A stretch of 64,000 nt of DNA from Chiloscyllium plagiosum (taxonomy: Eukaryota), in NCBI RefSeq assembly GCF_004010195.1, contig NC_057713.1, positions 85,728,534 to 85,792,533 on the forward strand, in the 5' to 3' direction. The notes under the pieces were generated by a model that saw only the letters and a program-made list of their open reading frames with translations, was not told where the DNA came from and did no database searches. Of the stretch, positions 36,698 to 50,441 are shown one piece after another. A program made the translations under genes and the position numbers. Within the stretch, counting starts at the first letter, position 1; every line of letters begins with the position of its first letter.

Positions 36698-37249
36698 TTA
36701 AAAATATGTTATTTCTGTCAATACCTGAAGAACTGCGCTCAGTGTGCATTGCACACAATCCACCCACTTCTCTTTAAAACTGCAATCAGGGCATCAGAAC
36801 CAGGCATAGCATCCTAGCTTGCTGTTAGGGGCATAGGGTACTGTGTGTTTAAATAAAGACCTGGGTCCAGGTTAATGCCACCAACTTTAAATTGTTAGTC
36901 TTCTATTTTGGAAGACCAGCTTTGAATTTTTTTTGCCATTTTTAACTCACACTTACAGCAGGATACCCCAATTGTACTGGTGTGATGTTTCTTGATTTTA
37001 GCTCTAGCCATCCATTCATCCATTTTGAGTGTTGTTTTGATATTGCCTATTTCTATGACTTGGCAAGTGTGTACTTTAAAGAATGCATTAATACATGTTA
37101 TTTATTCTTGAGACATCTTGAACAACTGTTCCTGTACTTTGTAATTCATCAGAAGATCAGCCTGTTAAGTGATAGAACCCATGCTGATGTCTGTAATAAA
37201 GTTGTAATGTACATGTAAATACATCTTCTCCAGAATTTCCAATTCCATT

Positions 37250-37570
37250 GAACTCTATTCACTTTTCTATTCCAGAGCATCCTCCAACCCTCCAAGATCT
37301 CTGCACACCTTCATTTTGACCTGTTGCATAACACTAATTTCAGCCTCTGAACTGTTTCCAGCTGCCTCGGTCTTAAGCTATAGAATTCCCTCCTTAAATC
37401 TTGTTGCATCTCTATCGCTCTCTGATTTAAGACACACTGTAAAACCTACCTCTTTGGCTGAGCTTCTGGTCATCCTTATTGTGGGACTTGTGCCAAATGT
37501 AGTTTGATAATGTTACAGTGGGACTTTTCTTATGTAGTATCTTATAGATGCTATACAAATAGAAGTTGTT
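37250..37570 (+). mobile_element. L2-type LINE 3' end
   Basis: cctccaagatctctgcac...gaattccctccttaaa...aaaacctacctcttt...gatgctatacaaatagaagttgtt; similar ends at ~38000-38230 and 41020-41345. Confidence 0.65.
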
Positions 37571-37607
37571 TTTGCTCACAATGTTTTGGTACAGCAAAAA
37601 CACTGTT

Positions 37608-37890
37608 TTAGGATAGAGGATTAGGCCATTTAGGACTGAGATGAGGAGAAATTTTATCCAGAGAGTGGTGAGCCTGTGAAATTCTCACAGAAAGCGATTG
37701 AGGCCAGAACATTGAATGCTTTCGAGAATGAGTTTAATATAATTCTTAGGGCTAAGGGGACCAAAGGTTATAGGGAGAAAGTGGGAACATGGTGCTGAGT
37801 TAGATGATCAGCCATGATCAGATTGAATGGTGGAGCAGACATGAAAGGCTAAGTGGCCTACTCTTGCTCCTATTTACTATGTTTCTATAT
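37608..37890 (+). mobile_element. CR1 LINE 3' end
   Basis: ccatttaggactgagatgaggagaaa...gatcagccatgatc...gcctactcttgctcctat. Confidence 0.85.
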
Positions 37891-39831
37891 AAGGAAATCC
37901 AAGTTATTTGCACTCTTAAGGATTTGAGTGCCCATGAAAATATTAGTTATTTTGAGGCATTCCAAAGAATGACTGCCCAATACCATCCAGAACTGAACAA
38001 CCATTCATAAATCTGGCACCCATTCTCAGTCTGACTTTGGAATTTTTTCCAAAAACCTTTCCACCTCCCTTTTTCTTCCTGTAAGGACTTTTTAAAACTT
38101 AACTCCTTGACCAAACTTGGTCCTAATATGACAATATGTGTCCCAATGTCAGAGTGTGTTTGATAAAGCTGTTGTGAGGAGCCTTGAGATGTTTTACTGT
38201 GGTGAAGGAGCTATTTCAAGTAAGTTGTTGTTATTGACTCAGAAAATAAGTTTGGAAGCCCAAGTAAAACAGAGTCAGGGTTGCACATAATGACTTTTCC
38301 ATTGCCAAGGGAACAGGAGAGCAACTTAGACAAAGTGGGAAAATGGGGTAAACATGAATTTAGATATCACAGAAGCCACTTATATTTTAACAGTTTTTGA
38401 CTGTACCCTGATTACTTTCAATATTTCAGTACTCTCCACTGTGAGAATATAGCCATCCTGCTGGTACTTCATCACCTGTAAACTATTAAATGAAAGCAGC
38501 AGGAAAAAGGCATGACAAAATGTGTCGATTTTCAGTTCAATAACTTAATATTGATAATGACTTGAGAATCACAAAATCAATTTGTTTGGGACTCGCCACC
38601 CCGATTGCTTTATGAACAATATTAAAGTGGCGTGTTTCATCAAGCTGACATCTTTTATTGTGCACAAAGGATTTTAAAGTGTCCGAGCTTTTGCTTTCAG
38701 CTGATTAAGTGATCACTCAGCTGAAAACGGCCCTCTGTGGCTTTTACTAGCTTGTGCACGCAATACCATGTCTCTAAAAAGGGGCCATCCACACAGAAGC
38801 ACCAGCATATCTCTGGTGGCCAACTCTGTCATTTTATGCAAGTACTTTCCAGCAACTCCCTGTATTATTGATGAGATGGGAGAAGAGAAAACTACAGCTG
38901 ACCTCTCCTTTATCTTGTGTAGGGGCAGCAGTGGCCAAATTTTACTTAAATGCTAACTTCCTGGTGATAGTGCCCTGACTGAACACCTCAGTACAGAAGA
39001 GGTAAAATCTAAACCTACAATTATTCCCAGTTTCCGGAAGACAACTGCAAACCCAGAATCAGCCGTCATTGGGATAAATTTACATGGAGCTCCTGAGATA
39101 AACCCTCACATTTCAGCAGCATATTCTGAGAAATTGAATGAGCGCTGATGATTTTTCATCTTGAATTCCACAAACATGGTCCGCCACAATAGGAATTTAA
39201 TGCATATTCCCTTTGTCGTTATGTTTGCTACACATAAAAGAGTGGCAGATACCTTATGAAGGTCAAGTATATTTGCCTGCTGTGTTTTCCTTTTAAAAAA
39301 AGGTTCTGAATCTTTTAGAAAACCTGCCCTCATGGCATGACAGAACCTGAATTCTTTATCAGTTTCACTTTGCAACAAATCATGGGAGTAACGGTACTAA
39401 ATAATGTTGACAGAATCTTAACTTATTTAAAGCCAGCTTCGGTAGTAGCAACCCAGCCTCTGCTCTTACACCATTCTGTAATTTCACTTCCTCAACCAAA
39501 ACTGGAGTGAGACCACCCCCAGCCCCAGGCAATGGTCTACCAGCCAAAAAAAAAATGGCAGTTGGCTGCATTCCAAAATTGCACCTTGTACTAAAATGGC
39601 AGGTGGCCAAGAGATAATGTGAAAGTGAAAGCAGATGCAAACCATGTGCAGAAATACCATCACTGGTAAACAAAAAAAGCACTGAGGACCAGAAAGCTAC
39701 ATCTTCCATTCTGCAAGGGAATGCTGTCACCGAATTACTGACTGCACAATCGTGTGGAATTTGGCTCATTTTCTGGAGAAAATAACTTTTAATGGTTAAC
39801 TCGTGTGACGATGCACACTTCTGAGATAAGA

Positions 39832-40142
39832 GGGTGGCACAGTGACTCAGTGGTTAGAACTGCTGCCTCACAGCGCCAGGGATCCAGGTTCGATTCCAGT
39901 CTCGGGGCGACTGTCTGTGTGGAGTTTGCACATTCTCCCCGTGTCTGCGTGGGTTTCCTCTGGGTGCTCCGGTTTCCTCCCACAATTCAAAGATGTGCAG
40001 GCCATGTTAAATTGCCCACAGTGTTAGGTGCATTAGTCAGATCGAACTGGGTCTGGGTGGGTGACTCTTCAGAGGGTGGGTGTGGACTTGTTGGGCTGAA
40101 GGGCCTGATTCCACACTGTAGGGGAATCTAATTTAATCTAAA
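39832..40142 (+). mobile_element. HE1 V-SINE, full length
   Basis: gggtggcacagtgactcagtggttag (A-box), ggttcgattcc (B-box), V-core, aatctaatttaatcta tail. Confidence 0.95.
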
Positions 40143-40474
40143 CAAAATCGGCATGGAAGCAGTGTGAAGAAGTGAATCTATCTGTCCAAGTTTCAACAGG
40201 AATAGCGTAGCTCCTTTAAATAGTTAACAGCTTGCAGCAAGAGGTCAGCTGTTGAGGGTCAAAGAATCCAGTGACAATATTTGTGAACAAGCATGTGGAG
40301 ACCTGAAATACCCCCAAGGAACACAAGTACAAGTCGTATTGGTGTCTGGGAATTGTCCTAAATATTTGCCTGGTCTTATCATTACAATGGAACCTGTATC
40401 TATACTAATTACGGGCTCACAGAATTACAGTCTAGCTGAACATCAGCAATGCTATAATGTCAATGCATCAGCTA

Positions 40475-40755
40475 CGACTCAGTGCCAGCATTGTCACCTT
40501 TGTGTCACAAGGTTGTGGGTACAGGCCACACTCCAGTTCAAATGATATCTGTGTGTCATCATGATGAGATGCTAAGCCAAAAGTCTCTCTGGCCCCTCAA
40601 AACACCAGTAATTCATAGAAGTACAAGAGAATGCTCTGCATATACTCACCATTGAAACAGATGACCTAATAATTGTCTCATTGCTGTTTGTGGGTGTTTG
40701 CTGTAAATTGGCTGCTGCGTTTCAGGTATATTGGTACAGTGTCAGACTGGACCAC
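40475..40755 (+). mobile_element. Degenerate DeuSINE
   Basis: aaggttgtgggtacagg...gatgagatgctaa...ctcattgctgtttgtggg...aaattggctgctgcgtttc. Confidence 0.55.
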
Positions 40756-41019
40756 AGTAATTACAGTTTCCGGTAAGGTTCTCCTTGACAAAGAGATTCG
40801 TTTCACTCAAGTCGGAATACAGCCTCAAGAAATCCTGCCTTGCAAAGAGAATGAAACAACGTTGAAATTAACTTCTTTAATGCAGGTGGCAAGGCTGCAT
40901 GATAGTCATAGAAGGTTGGTTACTCATAATGGTTGGGGCATGGAAAAAGATGGGTCTCCACCTAAAGTTGCTAATCTTGATTTTAAAAAATTGATCCTTA
41001 TGTTCAGTCCCTCCCTGCT

Positions 41020-41345
41020 TCATCCTTCCCTATCTCCAAACTGTCCTGCAGCCCTATAACCCTCTGAGACCTCTGCATTCCTCCAATTGTGCTTCTCTGC
41101 ACATCCTTGGTTACTCCCACCATTAACAGCATTGCGTTCAACTGCCTGGGTCCCAAGAGCTAAAATTCTCCCCCTCACCTTCTCCAAATTGTTATTTTTC
41201 TCCTTTAAGATGATCGTTACAACCTATATTTTTGTTTCAGATCACCTGGCCTAATGTGCGACTTGTTGTCAATTATTTTTTGTTGTTGTTCTTGTGAAGC
41301 ACCTTGGGGCATTTTGCTATGTTAAAAGATAACTTGCTGTTGTTT
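41020..41345 (+). mobile_element. L2-type LINE 3' end
   Basis: ccctatctccaaactgtcctgcagccctataaccctctgaga...gtgaagcaccttggggcatttt. Confidence 0.65.
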
Positions 41346-41399
41346 GTGTTAATTCATTGTGATTTATGCCATATGCACCAATAATCCAGAGGTGGCCCC

Positions 41400-41581
41400 A
41401 ACTAGGTAGTTAGATTAGCCATGCTAAATCGCCCAGAGTGCCCAGGAATGTGCAGGCTGGGTGGGTTAGCCATAGGAAATGCAGTTATATGAGGGGGGGG
41501 TGGGTGGGATGGTCTTTGGACGGTCAGTGTGGACTTGATGGGCTGAATGGCCTGCTTCCACACTGTAGGAATTCTATGATA
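41400..41581 (+). mobile_element. HE1-type SINE 3' part
   Basis: agccatgctaaatcgccc...gtggacttgatgggctgaatggcctgcttccacactgtaggaattctatga. Confidence 0.8.
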
Positions 41582-42914
41582 CTAATACTGAGAAGTCATT
41601 AGAAACACTCACTATATCCCTGGGACAGTTTAGGAACTTGAAGGTGTGAGACACCTCCTCAACATCTTTCTAACACTGCCTGTCATATTAATGTAACCTG
41701 TAACTACTTACTAATGTGAAATAAACTACATCTTGTTACTTACAAGAAACAGGAAGTGGTTCTCCTCTGTCACCATGCAGTTTACTACAGTTGAAGATGA
41801 TGGTGACAGCCATCTTCATCATGACTAGCAACTCATACAAAATCATCCTCTCCCCCAACTCACAATGGGGATGATATTACATTCAGACCATAATGGGTTT
41901 CTAAGCAAACGACAACAAAGGTTTGTCAAATACTAATGCACTGAAATTGTGTACTTTCATATCAATGTCACCCCACAATAAATAAACACAGAAAACCCAG
42001 GCTTAATGTTGCCTTTAATCTTGTTTATTCTCAGATCCAGCAGCTTTGTGTTGGCTCTGTACTTGAATCCACAATGTCACATTCATTTGCACTACTCCAT
42101 TTACACAGCTGACTCACCAAGGTGCTTTTGTAGTTAAGTTTGTTATATTTTGTTCGTATACATTTCACAACTGGATCATGTGCTATAGATGCTGATGTTA
42201 GTCCCTCACCCAAAATATTGTGGGAGTGCGTGATTAAATACCTCACCCATAATTTGCCAACAAGTCAGCCCTGGTATAAAGCAAGCGCTGAGGTGGAGGG
42301 CATGAGTCCGAGACTGTTTCAGCATACAGTATCAACAGAGGAGATTGCGATAACATTAATTGAGCAGTCTGACTTCAAAGGGAGCAAAAATAAGGAGTGA
42401 GGAGAATAGACTGCCTGTTCACTGTAACAGCTTGATATTGTCACACAGTGTCGCAATCTACACCACTGAGTCAAAGTGATCGCTGAAGATCAAACAACTT
42501 ATATCTTGTCTGACCTCCAACTGGTAAGAGGGAATGGTTGGACTGAAACTGATGTCAACAATCTCTGCTATGGCACAGTTGCCCAATCTAAGATATGACA
42601 GGTTAAGTATTTGCTTTACAAGGAAAAGAGCAGTAAAAAATTATCAGAGGCACTGTTTGTAAAGATTACTCACTGTCACCGGATTCAAAGCAGGCCCAGC
42701 AGCGGGATGCCCACCTGAACTATTGATCATGACACAACCAAACAACTGAAGAAAATACCCCGTGCTGAAAGGAAATTAAAACATATTATCAATAGGGTTT
42801 TTTTAAAAAAACAAATGCTATGGTTGCTCGACTGGAAATGAAAACTGGAAATACTCATCAGGTCAAGCAGCACTGATAGAAAGACAAAGAGTTAATGGGC
42901 AAAATGTAATGTTT

Positions 42915-43071
42915 GCGACAGGATTCTCCCCTTGCCAAGTGGATAATTGGTTGGAGTCCCGCATTCCCTCTGCTGGTGAAGGCCCACCTTGGGTTGAGAC
43001 CACCAGACGCTCGAGTGGAACAGTCAGACCTTCCTCTGGAGTAAGGACTTGAGCAGCAGAAATCCTGCCCC
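42915..43071. mobile_element. Possible non-autonomous DNA transposon (MITE) remnant
   Basis: Imperfect terminal inverted repeats gcgacaggattctc / gaaatcctgcccc; GC-richer interior. Confidence 0.35.
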
Positions 43072-43378
43072 TAGAGACCTGCCTGCCAGTCAGCAAATAA
43101 CCCTCCATTGCCACCATCGCCACCAGTGGCAGTGGCAGCTGTCAGTCATGCACCCACCAGAGGTCAAAAATCAAAGAAGAATCCCATTGAGACTTGATTT
43201 ACATTGCAAGGAAGGCTCAAAGGAGAGTGTTGAGATTGGGGAAGAGGGTGGGGTTGTGGGGAGGAGGTTTGGATGCAGGGTCAGGAGGTGACTTTCAGAA
43301 GAACTGCCACTGCTCCCCCTCCATTCTCAATCCTCAAGGTCTTCAGCACTCAGTGCCTTTGAACATGGTAATCCCCAA

Positions 43379-43514
43379 CAGGCAAAAGAGGATAGTGCAG
43401 ATGTTGGAAATTACAGTCAAGATTAGAGTGTTGCTGGAAAAGCGCAACAGGTCAGGCAGCATCCGAGGGGCAGGAAAATCGACATTTGAGGCAAAAGCCC
43501 TTCATCAGGAAATG
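43379..43514 (-). mobile_element. PLE family A single-arm insertion with 14-bp TSD
   Basis: ATGGTAATCCCCAA at 43365-43378 and 43515-43528; minus strand begins at ttcctgatgaagggcttttgcc and runs to the tail. Confidence 0.85.
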
Positions 43515-44094
43515 ATGGTAATCCCCAATGTCAACCCCAGCACACCCCCATTTCCCCACCAAAAGCATTTGACAGTTTACTTCTCAGACTTCTTTTATGA
43601 TTACTGATCAATGATGGTTGTGGGGTTACACCCTTAATTCCCTCCTTGAGAGCCTTAATTAGCATCCAGGCTGGAAAAATCAACCTTTGCAACCTGGATT
43701 TCACCAGCTGTGGGTGGGAAGGCAGTGGAATCTCACTCAGTAACATCCTCCTGCTCCCGGTCTCGAACACTCTGTCAGGCAGGGAGCAGTGACATGACAT
43801 TCTGCCCAACGTTTCAGATCAATGACTTTTCTATAGAATATTATTATTTCATTAGAATAAACAGATAAACATATTAGTTGATCAGCAGTAAGAATGCTAT
43901 GTAATATTTTGAGACATAAACTTATGTAAAATTTTGACTCATAAACTTACATATTGTCAAATCCTTTAGCACACTACTTTAATGGAGAGATTAGCTTATT
44001 AAAAAATGAAACTGATAATATCGCCATTAAAACAAAGTGGGTTTTGATATAAACATGCAAAATCTTTGTATGATAACACAGAAGAACATTCAGG

Positions 44095-44480
44095 ACAGAG
44101 GTTCTTATTGAAACATATAGAATTCTTAAGGGGCTTGACAGAGTGAGTGCCAAGAGGATGCTTCCCCTCATGGGAGGATCAAGGACCAGACGGCATAGAC
44201 TCAGAATTAACAGATCCAAATTTAAGACTGAGCTGAGAAGGAATTTCATCTCACAGAGAGGTGTGGATCTTTGGAACTCCTTGTCACAGAGAGCTGTGGG
44301 GGCAGAGTCCTTCTGTATATTTAAGGCTTAGATAGATAGATGATAAATCAGTAGGGGAATCAAGAGTTACAGGGATTGAGGAATGTCAGATCAGTCATGA
44401 TCCTATTGAATGACAGAGCAGGTTCAAGGGGACAAATGGCCTACTCCCTGTTCCTATTTCTTGTAGTCTTATGATTATGT
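44095..44480 (+). mobile_element. CR1 LINE 3' end
   Basis: LIETYRILKGLDRV...RRNFISQRGVDLWNSLSQRAV plus 3' UTR. Confidence 0.9.
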
Positions 44481-45269
44481 TGGGAAATATCTTGGAATGA
44501 CACATAAGCTTCCAAAGAGAAGTTGGTTTCTGAAAGACAGCATTTCCTATTGTGATTTTCACAAATAAAATTTAAAGCTACAAATGCACATAATAAAAAG
44601 TGGCCAAGGTCCAAGGACAGACATTTGACTACATATCTACAAGCTTTCAATTTAACTCTCCCTTCTGGCTTTGATGTTCCGCCACATCTTTATCAGCAAT
44701 TGGTTAACAACATCTGACATCGGCTGTGTGTGCCTGACATGCAGGTGCTCATTTCCTTTCTCGTGACATCCATCGTTTCAAGGACTCCAATAGGTTACAC
44801 TCTATGACCCCAGAGAAATATGCCTGGTGTCAGGCAAAAACAACTTGAACTGCTACTGAGGGCAAAGATCCCCTCAAGGTCGGGCATCTGTTTTTCTTAT
44901 ACAGGGTAAAGCTATGTTCTCAACTTGCAGGATGTAGATACGTTGCAATTCACAATTCTTGCTGTCATGTTTTAACAGAACTTGACTTAATGCTTTTTTC
45001 AAGTCAAAGTCTGAAGGATTTATTTGCAATTACTTCTGTGTATTTTAAGGTACTAGCCTTAAAGTAGAATTGTTATAGAAATCAACACTCCACATCATTG
45101 AGTGTGAGACTATTCTAATGTTGTGGATTTTTTAAAATCAAATTTGGATTCATTGATTAATGAACAAGTTTCAAGATATGATAATTCTATTGCTGCATCA
45201 CCCCTTGGTGCAGTTTCAAGGTGTGTTATTAAAGGTGATTAGACTCGTTAGTTAGATTAAAGGAAGTAC

Positions 45270-45705
45270 ACAGAACTACACTTGGAGGCACAAAACGGAG
45301 CAGCAAAGTGGCAAAATTGAACTTGTCCAAGACATTGATTACAATACTCTTAAACAATAGCGAATGGTTTTTGAACAACTGCTTATAAGCAGAATGTAAA
45401 ATAAACGTAGAAGGTGTAAATTAATTTAAATGTTACCAGGAATGAGGAGTTAGTGTTATCCAGAGAGAACACAGGGTGACCTGATAGTGATCCAATGAAA
45501 GCCGCAATCATTTTAACAGTGATAGACGATTCCCTCCAGTTAGTGAACCCATAAAACAATTGAAAGGGAAGTTAGAATTCTTTGCACACAGAGTAGGTTT
45601 GGAACATGGAATTTCTTACCACCAGCTGTTGTTGAAACAGTCCATAAATTCTTTCAAAGCAAAATTATAGAGGTGTTTGAAAGGTGACAGAGTTAAAATG
45701 GGAAC
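45270..45705 (+). mobile_element. Old CR1 LINE 3' fragment
   Basis: cagggtgacctgatag, ttctttgcacacagagtagg, catggaatttcttacca. Confidence 0.55.
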
Positions 45706-46049
45706 AAGAAAAACTATACTGTTTGAAATGAGCACTTAGACAGATATGAAATAAACATTTTTTTTAATAAATAGTGGATTTTAAATTTGTTAGTCCTTTT
45801 AAATGGGTGCAGTGATCTCAATGCGTGTGATTAATTGGTGTCTGGATGGGAGATGAACTACCAGCTGATTTCATTTGCTGTATGCAACCAGAGTTTCCAG
45901 CATAAACTGCAAACATCTGCAAGAGGCACAGTATTTATAAGAACTTACATTTCTTCAGGGTAGCCTGTTTTACACAAAGGTAAGCTGTATCTCTTAAAGG
46001 GGAAGAGGTGTTTTAGTTGCAGATGCTGACTTTCCTTTTACAACTGAAT

Positions 46050-46290
46050 CTGGGCTGGAAAAGCAGAATGAGAGAATGATCTACATCAAGGCTTTTGGTT
46101 GGTGCACTGTAAGTTTTGGAATGATGTGTAATATGGAGGACATGTCTTGTATCTGAAGGAGGCAGGAGGCTCTCCAGGCAGATGATGAGCAGGCAGAGGA
46201 GCAGATGGTCATGGAGGTCAATGCCTGTACAGACCCAAGCACCTGGATGCAGTTCTGGAAGATGTTTAATGCCCACACACTGATCAAATT
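46050..46290 (+). pseudogene. Decayed Myb/SANT-like DNA-binding exon of a PIF/Harbinger transposon
   Basis: Across two frameshifts: STSRLLVGAL*VL..HVLY / GGRRLSRQMMSRQ / EQMVMEVNACTDPSTWMQFWKMFNAHTLIK, resembling W..IA.EVNA...RTW.QCRKKFNDL. Confidence 0.6.
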
Positions 46291-49109
46291 AATGACTGCA
46301 TTATAGAATTCTATTTTCTACCAACTGCACTAGTTATTTCTGCCTCTGCTCAATATGTCCCAACACCAATAGTTACCTACTGACAACCTTAGTCAATCAG
46401 AACCCATACTTTACATTCATATGCTTCACTTCATTCTCATATACTTTGCACCATTGCAAAGGTCTCAAAATAAGATCTCTCAACTTGATAATACTGGCAG
46501 CTATTCAACAATGATGGTCATATCATCTGAACAGATTGTATCACACTCACTGACACACTTTCCTCTTTCTGACTGGGAAATAGCCACAGACAACTAGACA
46601 CAGCAAGAGCTAACCAGAATGAAAGGAACTTGTCTATGCGTCCTGACCCCACGTAAAAGGCGATGCCATCCATTGCTGGGACCAGCAACTGACATGAATG
46701 TTTGAGGATGATGCCATCTTCATATCTAATCCTCCTTCCCACTGCTAACTCGCCCTTTATCACATGCTGTCTTGTGACTGAGGAGCTGGTGTTAGCATAC
46801 ACTTCTATCTTTCTCTCCTCCCTTCTCCACTAATTGAGCCTTGCCCTTTCTTTATTCTTTCAGAGCTTGTAAACTAAAACCTGGCCAGGAAGTAGACAAA
46901 GAAGACAGTGACAACGAGACACGCTGTCACATGTTTTTATACACCAGCTCAGATATTGACATAATTTAGAGGTCAAAATAGAGATGGTATCTGCACACAT
47001 GATGAGGTGCTAGGCACAAGTGGTCTGCAGCCAATTAAGGGGAAAAGAACATCTTTGGTGCCAATTGGCTAGAAATTGATGTCACACACTATCCTACTAA
47101 AAGCTCAGGTTAACCTTGGCAACAATAACTGATTCAGAGCATGCATGAATGCACAGACCTAACTGTTTGGTGCAGATGAAAGCCTGTAAGGAAGTCTATG
47201 TTCAGTGTCAAGGAGCATGGACCATCGAAAGCTTAGATTCCGTTCTTTCTAACACAGAATGGGTGGCCACCTCCATCAACAAAACTTCGGAGCTAAACAT
47301 AACACTGCCATTCCAGCACAAGGATATGTCACTGAACGTCCATGCAATGGGACCTTAGACTGAAGATCGTGCAAAGAATATCACATAAGCTGTTTGCCAA
47401 GACATCCCCTGCTTAAAAACCATCTGCAGATATGGGCTCCTACTTAAAACCTTTCTCCCCTTCCTTTTCTCCATCTTTGAGCAGCCTTACATAACCTCTG
47501 TTCATTTTCCTAAACTATCTACCAGGAGGAAACCTTACCAGCTCATTCATCTATGGAGGCACTTGGTTTGTGCATCACCAAAAAAAGCTTCGGCCCCTGA
47601 TCATGTGGAAATACACCCAAGATGCATAGAATTGCATTAGCCATGAAAATGCAAACTACCTAAAAGTTGTTAATGATTCCTTGCAATGGTGCTAGGGAAA
47701 TGTAGTAAGGGTGGAAGAGATGGGTTTTTCAAGCCATTGAATACATGTTGAGTCATACAAGGTAAAAGAGGGCTTATGCTAAAACATAGACCTCCAAAAT
47801 GGTAGGGCTGGTGTCAAATCAGTGCAGTAAGCTGGCTCATATCATGCCCAATCTGCTCTGTATACACTTAATGGAGCTAACCATTTCACCAATATGGCAT
47901 CTGGTACACTTCGGATTAGATGTATGTGTGTGCCACAGAAATCAATTTGGAACCAATGTGGAGCACCCAAGATGTTCACCATACTAGATATACTTCTTCT
48001 CCATACAACTTGCAGTAATATTCCAAATATAGCTCTGTCTAATACTTTTGATCTCTAGCAGATCGTATGTTGGCTCTTTTAAGATTGGAAGAGCAAAATG
48101 TGCTTATTTTCCAATATTATGAATTAATCTTGTGGTTTATATCAGTACTATCCCCATGGTTTCAATGTATTCCTTTTGTTTTAGTGATCAGAACTGTGTC
48201 TAGTAAAAAGGTGTGGTCTGACAATAGTATGATAACAGACTTCCTGCTGATTTATACTATACTGTTTCTGCCAGGTTGGACACATTGAGTGCCAAGTTCA
48301 ATAGCACACTGAAACCTTTATATGACATAACAACAGGGGCTGAAATTACAAAGAAATTCAGTGTTCTTAAAAGTCAATGGTTATCTTGATCATGCAGTCA
48401 ATGGTGCAAATTAATAGGAAAGTAGAGTAAAGGTTATGTTTGACAATGTTTAGAGGAGTGCACTTCCTGTCTTTAGTCCCACTACTTCACAGGTAACATG
48501 AATGTCTACTCTATCAGATTCAGAATAAAACCATCTATCATCAAGGTTTCTTTAAGAAAAAAAACAGTAAAATTATGTACTACAATACAAAGACTATTCA
48601 GTAAAGATAAAAAGCTGATTAATGTACTCAATTTGACATATGAAAGTGTAAATGTTTATCCCTCTGAATAATCCAATACATACACAACAGATAGAGAACT
48701 AAATAATGATATTCTCTGCAGAAATTGACTTTGTGAAAAATTACTTGGCCAATAATTATTAGTTCTCAAAAGGCAAAAGAATAAAGCATGAAACCTTCGA
48801 GATGGCTTTCGGTTAGCATCGGACATGTCAATCAGTGTTAGCAAAAATATACAACTGTCTCTAGGACCTCTGCAGATACAGTTTCCTCAGGAATTGTGAG
48901 GAAGAATTCTTTCAGATGCTTCTCAAGAGAACACCTGGATCTGAATTTCAATTCTAGCACGAACCTCAAACCAGAGGTTTCTCAGGAAGGCAGAAGCTGA
49001 ACTGGGGTGCTGCTTTCTTTTAGCAGACTTTGACCCTGACAACCATGAAACCAATCACCCAGTTTCCAGTGGATAGGTTTGAGTAATTAGCTTAAACTAT
49101 GTGATTCTA

Positions 49110-49440
49110 TATTTATTCTTACATGGGATATAGGTATTTTGGAAAGGCTTGTTGTCTAACCCTATTTGCCCATGAAGCTAATGGCTTGCAAGGCCATTTT
49201 GGAGGGCATTACTGTGTATTTGAAGTGACAGATAGGCCAGAACCAATTTAGAACGGCAAATTACCTTCCTTAAATTGACGTTAGTGAATGAGATGGTTTT
49301 TTGTGATAGTCGGTGATAGTCTCAGCACTGATGGTCATGAAAGTATCTTTGCATATTACATTAATTAATGTGTACTGGGTATTGATCCTTCCAGAACATT
49401 TGTCTAGGCCTTTGAATTATTAGTCATTATTACCATGACA
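49110..49440 (-). mobile_element. Old tRNA-derived SINE (family of 15983-16325)
   Basis: tttattcttacatgggatatagg...ccagaacatt...ctaggcctttgaattattagtc. Confidence 0.55.
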
Positions 49441-50067
49441 CCCATCTCCCCTACAGGATGCATAAGAAAATAAGTTTGGGGTCATTGTGGGAGATGTGAC
49501 AGATAAGAAGGATGCAAATGTAACTTCTTTGCAAACTTCAGTCTTGACTTTTTTTAACGAGTTGAAGCATGTGAGTAACCTGATTTTTATTCCTCTATGA
49601 CTACATGACACTTAATTATATTCAGTGTCATCTATTATCATTTTGTCCATTGATAGGTTTTTGGTAGTTCATTTTATAATTCACAAGCTACCTTCTCAAA
49701 TTCAAAAGCTCCTCCTCGTTTGGTATTGCCTGCAAATCGATTCAGTTTGTTTTGAGTTTCCATTGCAATGTCATCGATATAATTTTTGAAACAGGAGAGA
49801 TCCCAACATTGAACTCAAAGACAACTCTTCCAGCTTGACGTTGATACGAAAGAGTGCCTCATACTCCACGTACTAGAACCTAATAATCGACAATTTCCAC
49901 AGAACTGTTCAGTGGAGCATTTCTGCTAGGACTCTGGCAAACCGACTACACTTTTCAGAATTATATTTGCAGATACATTTTATTTTGCTCAAAAAGTCCC
50001 CAATTTGCAGATAGTCAATACAGGCAGTCAGTCCATGTAAAATTTCATAAATTCCCCTTTGGAAATA

Positions 50068-50441
50068 GAACCAGTCTATCTCAAGATTTGGATACAGTCA
50101 GACTCTAACCTTACACCTTTAATGCATTGTATGAGCTGAGATGTCACTTTTTCTTTTCATAAAACCTTACTTTATCTCGAGAACGTGACTTAAAATAAGT
50201 TCTGGAACTTGCATGTCAATGAACCAAAACTTGCAATCCATTCTAAAAGATGAAAGACTTAACAGCAATCTAGGTTTGTTCAATATATCATTTCAGTTGC
50301 ATGACATTGTCATCTTTTGCTATAAATTCTGTGTCTTATGGCCCTGCTCCGCAGCTGCCTGATAAAGGAGCAGTGCTCCGAAAGCTAGTACTTCCAAATA
50401 AACCTGTTGGACTATTACCTAGTGTTGTGTTATTTTTAACT
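50068..50441 (+). mobile_element. PLE family B 3' UTR and terminus
   Basis: Inverted homologue of 53536-53940; ends cctgataaaggagcagtgctccgaaagctagtacttccaaataaacctgttggactat. Confidence 0.75.
50356..50390 (+). ncRNA. Minimal hammerhead motif (family B), one core substitution
   Basis: TGC-CTGATAA-A-GGAGC-AGT-GCTCC-GAAA-GCTA|GTA; palindromic AGCT stem III. Confidence 0.6.

Noticed and set aside
39832-39905. tRNA gene
   Set aside because: It is the tRNA-derived head of an HE1 SINE and continues into the V-core.
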